A stretch of 12,334 nucleotides of DNA from Gemmatimonadota bacterium (lineage in GTDB: Bacteria; Gemmatimonadota; Gemmatimonadetes; Gemmatimonadales; GWC2-71-9), in contig JBDHAB010000065.1 of assembly GCA_039588295.1 (NCBI GenBank), positions 1 through 12,334 on the forward strand, written 5' to 3'. The position numbers and the translations under genes are program-made. Below the pieces are notes generated by a model. The model saw only the letters and a list, made by a program, of their open reading frames with translations, was not told the DNA's origin and did not search any database. Of this stretch, positions 7,180 to 12,334 are shown piece after piece. Positions within the stretch are counted from its first letter, which is position 1. Each line of letters opens with the position of its first letter.

Positions 7180-8394
7180 TCAGCGGAAACTCGCTCGCAA
7201 CTCAGCCGACACCCCGAGGCGGACGACTCGATGCACTCCCAGCGAGTCCTTGTGCAGACCCAACGCCCCGCCAGGAATGATGCGAGTGATCCGAACCCCG
7301 TCAGGCACGCTCACTGTGCCCCGGAAGCGGCCATCGGCGTCGAAAACATCCCATTCATGCCCGCCGAGCCACGCGTTGTTGAGCGCCACATTGACGAAAC
7401 TCGGGTCGTCCCCGACGGCTCCCATCCGCTGCACCCAGAACACGTCCTGCCCCGCATGGAGGTCAGTAAACGCCGGCAGCCTCTCGGGCACATCCACCGC
7501 CGGGCTCTGCGACACCTGGTGGTACAGGTCCAGGAGCGCGACCCGGTCTGCCTTAGTCGTCGGGCGGCGGGACCATCCCGAGTAGGACACGATACGCTCC
7601 AGCGGGCCGCCGCTGGCGTGGATGAACACCCGATCCTGATCGAGGGAGGACCACACGAGGCGTCCATCGGGGAAACGGTCCCAGATCGCGATGTTGTAAA
7701 TGATCGGACTGCGCAGTTGAGCTGCTCCCCCGTAGTCCGGGGCTTGGTAGGCGAACCTGAGCACCGTATCCAGCGGTGTTCCGTCCGAGGTGAGCGTGAT
7801 CAGGCCGTCCCAGAACGTGAACTTCCCACCCGTGCCAAGTGCCACCGTATAGGCGCGCGCCAAGAGCGAGCTGCTCTCCGAGGGCTCGACCCGCAGGTAG
7901 TGCGCTCCGGGAACACGGACAGTGCGGGAGTGGTGGCCGTCGGGGCCGTAGATTTGGACCGCGCCCCGGAAGTAATCGGTGACGTAGATACTGTCTTCCA
8001 CCACCCGTACCTGGGCGGCGCCCGGGCTCAGCTCACCGGGACCCCGTCCGGGACCGCCCCAGCTGCCGACGAAGCGTCCACTCGGGTCGTAGACCTTGAG
8101 TTCTTGCGCCATGATGTCAAGCACCAGGAATCTGCCCCGGCCATCCACTGCAACGTCCGTCACGTGGCCGAAGGTGTACGCGTCCGCACCGTCCTCCTCA
8201 CCGATCACCAGATCGACGACAGCGGTCCACCGCTTCGCAAGCCGGCGTTCGGGCGGTACATGGTTCTCGACGATGGTGATTCCGGCGCTGTCACGGTCGG
8301 TGCGACCCACACTGGCTGACTCGTCGCCTCCACAGGCGAGGGCTGACAGGACCGCAAGGAACGACCCGGGCCGGATGACACCATCCCTCGTCAT
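7180..8394 (-). CDS. 6-bladed beta-propeller lipoprotein, paralogue 4 (404 aa)
   Basis: ATG at 8394 overlaps the upstream TGA (ATGA). Lipobox ALA-C. Motifs RDSAGITIVEN, DVAVDGRGRFLVLD, WGGPGRGPGEL, WDVFDADGRFRG and DSLGVHRV. Confidence 0.88.
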   Translation of the reverse strand: MTRDGVIRPGSFLAVLSALACGGDESASVGRTDRDSAGITIVENHVPPERRLAKRWTAVVDLVIGEEDGADAYTFGHVTDVAVDGRGRFLVLDIMAQELKVYDPSGRFVGSWGGPGRGPGELSPGAAQVRVVEDSIYVTDYFRGAVQIYGPDGHHSRTVRVPGAHYLRVEPSESSSLLARAYTVALGTGGKFTFWDGLITLTSDGTPLDTVLRFAYQAPDYGGAAQLRSPIIYNIAIWDRFPDGRLVWSSLDQDRVFIHASGGPLERIVSYSGWSRRPTTKADRVALLDLYHQVSQSPAVDVPERLPAFTDLHAGQDVFWVQRMGAVGDDPSFVNVALNNAWLGGHEWDVFDADGRFRGTVSVPDGVRITRIIPGGALGLHKDSLGVHRVVRLGVSAELRASFR

Positions 8395-9596
8395 CGCCTG
8401 ACCCGCAGAATCTCCAGCCACTCTACATCCATCTCGTCACGTTTCACCGTCACGAGGTCGCCGGCAGGTGTGAACTGAATTGGGAACGGGAAGTCCGGTG
8501 GAAGCGTCCCGAGGTAGGCACCTTGTGCGTCGAACACGTCGATGGATCCTGAATCGGGAAGCATGCGCCACTGGCGCACCCACAAGCTCCCATCGTCCGC
8601 CAGCGCCACTTCTCCTATGGTCGGGGTCGTATCGACGTACGTGTGCTTGTCGACGATCTCACTGGCCTCGATAATGCACTCCACGACTCCGGTGCCCGTT
8701 CCGCGAGTGAACCGGACCGGATTCGCCGCCGCCCATGTTTGCGCGTCTGCTCGAGTGGCGAGCTGGATAGGGACGCTACGTCGAACGCTGCGGACGAGTG
8801 CCCCGTGCTCATCGTAGATGTCGATCTCATAGCGCGAGCCGTCACTCGCAGCCACATGCGTGCGACTCTCATGCCACTGGAGCTCCGGGCTGAAAATCGG
8901 ATAAAGCTGGCTTCGCATTTGCGCGGCATCGGGCCCGCAGCTCTCGTACTGGACTACTCTGGCCTCGGCCAGAGGCGTCTGAGCCACCACCGTCGTGTCC
9001 GCCCCGCTGTATCGTTCCAGCCGATGGGTGAAGAGCCCGTCGTCTGATCTGTGCAGACGGTGCGCGAAGTAGGCTGCCTTCAGTGCGCCAAGCCTCCAGT
9101 AGCCACGCCGCTCGACCGCCGTTTGTCCCAGCACCTCGCCTGCGGCACCGAAGTGGACCAAGGCTCTCTTGCGGAAGTCGTGGACGTCAGCGCCCCCGTC
9201 GGGAAGCGCCATCACTTGCGATGCACGGAGGAACTCACCCGGTCCCCCACCGCGACCTCCGGCGGTCCACACAGCCGTTCCGGCGCGAGTGAACTTGGTG
9301 AGCTGCATCGCCTGCCGGTCGAGCACATAGATGTTGCCGTGGCTGTCGAGGTCGACCAGCCGGCGATTTACCTGATAGAACGTCTCCGGCTCGATCTCCT
9401 TCCCGCCGAGGCGCAGGATGGAGGTCCAGGACCACGACAGGGGGTGGTCCTCGCCCGTGTTGAGGACGATTTCAACGCCGACGCTGTCGCGGACCGTGTT
9501 GGCGACAGGATCTTGCTCTCTCCCACCACAGGCGAGCACGAGCAGTGCAGCAGACAGCACCGGGGCTGTTCCCTGAAGCGACCACCTGATTGTCAT
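8391..9596 (-). CDS. 6-bladed beta-propeller lipoprotein, paralogue 3 (401 aa)
   Basis: AAGGGGG RBS at 9604-9610 fits the ATG at 9596 better than the one at 9602. Lipobox VLA-C. Motifs VRDSVGVEIVLN, DSHGNIYVLD, GGRGGGPGEF, DVFDAQGAYLG and DEMDVEWL. Confidence 0.88.
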   Translation of the reverse strand: MTIRWSLQGTAPVLSAALLVLACGGREQDPVANTVRDSVGVEIVLNTGEDHPLSWSWTSILRLGGKEIEPETFYQVNRRLVDLDSHGNIYVLDRQAMQLTKFTRAGTAVWTAGGRGGGPGEFLRASQVMALPDGGADVHDFRKRALVHFGAAGEVLGQTAVERRGYWRLGALKAAYFAHRLHRSDDGLFTHRLERYSGADTTVVAQTPLAEARVVQYESCGPDAAQMRSQLYPIFSPELQWHESRTHVAASDGSRYEIDIYDEHGALVRSVRRSVPIQLATRADAQTWAAANPVRFTRGTGTGVVECIIEASEIVDKHTYVDTTPTIGEVALADDGSLWVRQWRMLPDSGSIDVFDAQGAYLGTLPPDFPFPIQFTPAGDLVTVKRDEMDVEWLEILRVRR

Positions 9597-9688
9597 AGGC
9601 ATGCCCCCTTCAACGTTCGAGTCCTGCGTCCCCTACGAACACGCCTGCGATCAGTGGTCGCCGGATATCTGCTCCGAGGGGCAGCCCC

Positions 9689-10930
9689 TCAGCCCTCCTT
9701 TGCCAGTTGATACACCTGGATGTACTGGACGCCGAGTTCGTCGGTACGGAGGCCCAGGACATAGTCGAGGCCGATGTCGAGCACGGAGATGGCCTCAGGC
9801 AGGTCTACTACACCGAGAAGCTGCCCGGATTCCGAAAAGACACTCCAAGCAAGGCTATACGCACCAGGCTGGGCATACTCAGGCACCCAGAGGTTCCCTG
9901 CCGCGTCCAGACGGATACTCGCCGCGTACGCCGGCATCGTCGCCGGAGGCTCAGGCTTCATGCTCTGCGCGCGTTGGATGGCGCGCCGCCGGTTGGGATC
10001 GGTGACGCGTGCCAGGCGCGCTTCGCGTAGCCCTCGGACATCGTCGTCGGTCACAGGCACGGGCGTGTGCTGCTTGCGAATCACTAAGGTGAGCCCGGCA
10101 TCGAGATCGTACACGTTGATCTCGTAGGTGGCGTTGTCGGCCACGCAGTACCGTTGGCCTCTCGCCGCGAAGCCCGTCCTGCGGCCGAACTCCCTCGCAC
10201 CTTGTCCGTACCTGTCACCACCTCCGGGGAGGGTGGTCCCGGTCGGGGAGATACTGAACTCGACACCCGGGAAGGTTCCAAGCACCGTGGCGGTCTGCCC
10301 GTCAGCGCTGTAGCGGTAGAGTTCCTCGGCAGAGCGCTCGACCCGCGTCGGTCCCTCCGCCCCGAGCATGAAGGCGCCCTGCGTCACGAGCAGTGTACCG
10401 TCGTCGAACATCCCCACGGGGCCAGGAAAGGGGAGGTCGGGGTTGGGCTCCAAGCGCACGGACCGCCCGAACCGGCCCTCCGAGTCGAAGTACGACAGCC
10501 GCCGTGCCCGGATATCCATCGCGACCAGTGAGTCCTCGCCAAACCGGGAAAGCCAAGACAGCCCGCGAAACTCGCCGGGGCCTTCTCCCTCTCCACCTGC
10601 GCGATGGGTGTAGGTGCCGGCCGCATCGAAGAACAACAGTTCGTTTGTACCCGCGTTGGCAATCACGATGGATCCATCACGTAGCCGCAGCGCGCCGGTG
10701 ACTCTGAACAACAGCTGGGTCGTATCGCCTTCGGCGGAGCCGATCGTGACCGTCGGTTGAGCCGCGATGTGCCACGGTGTCTGCCAGGCACCGCCGGTGT
10801 TCTCCACGATGCGGACTCCCGCGCTGTCTCGGACCTCAGCTGCTCCGGCGCGCATCTCGGCCGACTCGGCACAGCCGGAGAGCGAGGCTGCCAGTAGCGC
10901 CATCAGGCTCCAACGTAGCGATGAGAACAT
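9689..10930 (-). CDS. 6-bladed beta-propeller lipoprotein, paralogue 2 (413 aa)
   Basis: AGGAGG RBS at 10936-10941 and ATG at 10930. Lipobox LSG-C. Motifs VRDSAGVRIVEN, GGEGEGPGEF, DAAGNLWV, WSVFSESGQLLG and DELGVQYI. Confidence 0.9.
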   Translation of the reverse strand: MFSSLRWSLMALLAASLSGCAESAEMRAGAAEVRDSAGVRIVENTGGAWQTPWHIAAQPTVTIGSAEGDTTQLLFRVTGALRLRDGSIVIANAGTNELLFFDAAGTYTHRAGGEGEGPGEFRGLSWLSRFGEDSLVAMDIRARRLSYFDSEGRFGRSVRLEPNPDLPFPGPVGMFDDGTLLVTQGAFMLGAEGPTRVERSAEELYRYSADGQTATVLGTFPGVEFSISPTGTTLPGGGDRYGQGAREFGRRTGFAARGQRYCVADNATYEINVYDLDAGLTLVIRKQHTPVPVTDDDVRGLREARLARVTDPNRRRAIQRAQSMKPEPPATMPAYAASIRLDAAGNLWVPEYAQPGAYSLAWSVFSESGQLLGVVDLPEAISVLDIGLDYVLGLRTDELGVQYIQVYQLAKEG

Positions 10931-11072
10931 CGTTGCCTCCTGGTTCGGCGTCACTGTCTTGCGACGCGGTACGCCGTGAGTCGCTGAGGACCTTCAGCGG
11001 GTGTCGCATCGTGGCGCGATTCCCCGGTGTCTCAGCCCTCCACCCGATACCGCGCGATGGAGGCACTCCGCC

Positions 11073-12203
11073 TCAGTGCCGACCCCTGATCTCGGCAGCG
11101 ACGACGTAGGGCACGTCTAGCTCGTCTTTCGTTACGTAGTAGATCCTGTCCCTGCGAACGATCGGCAGCACCCACCGATCCACAACATGCGGTGCCGCTA
11201 GCTGCCCAAGGTATCTGCCAATGGGATCGAACACGTCGAAACGAGTACCATCGTGCTCGGGCTCCGCTGAAAGCATCACCCAGAGGTGATCGAGATCGTC
11301 CATCACCAGTTTCTGGATGATCGGTCGGCGGCTCGTTTCGACATCGAACTCACCTCGGACGACGCGTTGCCTCATTTCCCTCTCGTACCGCTCTGCCGAG
11401 TCACGTTCGGTAGCTGAAAGGCGATCGGCTTCACGAGCGAGCTCGATCACTCGCACTGTATCACCGGAGAAACCGATATTTGACAATCGATACGTGTGTG
11501 CGACCCCTTGCCACCATCCGTTTGGCGTAAGAGTCCGAACAGCCGAGCCGAACTTGGTTCCTTCCGGAAATGGCGGTTGAGGTACGGTATCGACCAACCG
11601 CTGGGCAATTGTATCGTACCGGGCGAGACCGAAGGTTGTACCCATCGAACTGCGGTATCCTACGATTTCATGCAGGTTGCCATCAGGTGTGAATACACTG
11701 GTCCAATTGACGAACCGGACGGAACTAAGGAGCCTTCGCGGTTCCATCAAGAGGGCCCCACTTGTATCGAACACACTGTATCGCAGATTTCCCCGATTGA
11801 GCACCCAGAGGCGCCCTGCCGGATCGACTGTTATGCCATTGGCCACACGAAACTCACCCGGGCCGCCTCCACGCCGCCCTGTCGTCCTGATGTACGAGCC
11901 GTCTGCCTCAAACACCCGCACATCGTGTGCTTGGCGGTCGAAGACGTAGATCCGACCGTAGGGGTCAACGTCGATGTCGGAGATGTCACCGAACAATTCG
12001 GGGCCGGAGTCCAGTTGCGTCCCGATCTTGGCCACCTCGGCCAGTCGCCACAGCGGTTTGTCACCCCACAGACCCTGTTCGGGATTGGAAACGTGAATGG
12101 CGCCAGAGGGAAGAGTGTCTATCGTGCCCGACCATGGATTCGAAACGTCGGCCGTGCAGGCCGCGGTGAGAACCGAGAGGATGGCTATCCGTGAGCACCA
12201 CAT
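11073..12203 (-). CDS. 6-bladed beta-propeller (NHL-like) lipoprotein, paralogue 1 (376 aa)
   Basis: Short signal peptide with lipobox TAA-C. Motifs DIDVDPYGRIYVFD, GRRGGGPGEF, GITVDPAGRLWV, FDVFDPIGRYLG and DELDVPYV. No strong RBS. Confidence 0.88.
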   Translation of the reverse strand: MWCSRIAILSVLTAACTADVSNPWSGTIDTLPSGAIHVSNPEQGLWGDKPLWRLAEVAKIGTQLDSGPELFGDISDIDVDPYGRIYVFDRQAHDVRVFEADGSYIRTTGRRGGGPGEFRVANGITVDPAGRLWVLNRGNLRYSVFDTSGALLMEPRRLLSSVRFVNWTSVFTPDGNLHEIVGYRSSMGTTFGLARYDTIAQRLVDTVPQPPFPEGTKFGSAVRTLTPNGWWQGVAHTYRLSNIGFSGDTVRVIELAREADRLSATERDSAERYEREMRQRVVRGEFDVETSRRPIIQKLVMDDLDHLWVMLSAEPEHDGTRFDVFDPIGRYLGQLAAPHVVDRWVLPIVRRDRIYYVTKDELDVPYVVAAEIRGRH

Positions 12204-12334
12204 GGGTCAGGCCATGAGCTGCTGTCTTGTATCTAGCTGATCAGGGAATCTGCAGTGAAGTTGGGGCGGGCGACAGCTCGATCTGTCTAGGGTCTGGAGA
12301 GACCGTCCGTTAGCCGGAGCGTCGCCCGTCCATC

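Larger units (their letters stand above)
2091..12334. mobile_element. Putative tRNA-Arg(CCG)-integrated genomic island (one end seen; extent to the right unknown)
   Basis: The displaced tRNA 3' fragment has a terminator on one side and att-arm-like repeats on the other. The downstream genes are accessory-type and include a gene relic. No integrase is present in the window. Confidence 0.55.

Noticed and set aside
7231..8319. 362-aa + strand ORF, and similar ORFs at 9051..9710, 11496..12194 and 2614..3189
   Set aside because: These are antisense shadows of well-supported minus-strand genes, as expected in high-GC coding DNA.
5855..12334. Integron cassette array or diversity-generating retroelement as the source of the paralogue array
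   Set aside because: The intergenic gaps share no attC-like repeat, one junction is an overlap, and no template/variable repeat pair or reverse transcriptase is visible.
12310..12334. 3' end of an upstream minus-strand gene (...MDGRRSG*)
   Set aside because: Too short at the window edge to support a call.

Overview
GC-rich bacterial DNA, most likely Gemmatimonadota (inferred from protein styles; no database search was possible). The left part (+ strand) holds the 3' portion of a probable B12-dependent radical SAM gene with a STAS-like tail, a decayed Ser/Thr kinase N-terminus and a lipoprotein SnoaL-like ester cyclase. At 2046-2250 there is a 15-bp-stem terminator, the 3' half only of a tRNA-Arg(CCG) (minus strand), 10-bp-phased repeats and a pair of 9-bp direct repeats. 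Together these look like the displaced att junction of a tyrosine-integrase island that extends rightwards. The putative island cargo (minus strand) is at least five tandem, strongly diverged 6-bladed beta-propeller lipoprotein paralogues followed by a 1031-aa TonB-dependent outer-membrane receptor, with a DUF3788-like gene relic in between. The best candidate for an undescribed system is this array of variable propeller lipoproteins plus TonB-dependent receptor on a tRNA-Arg island.
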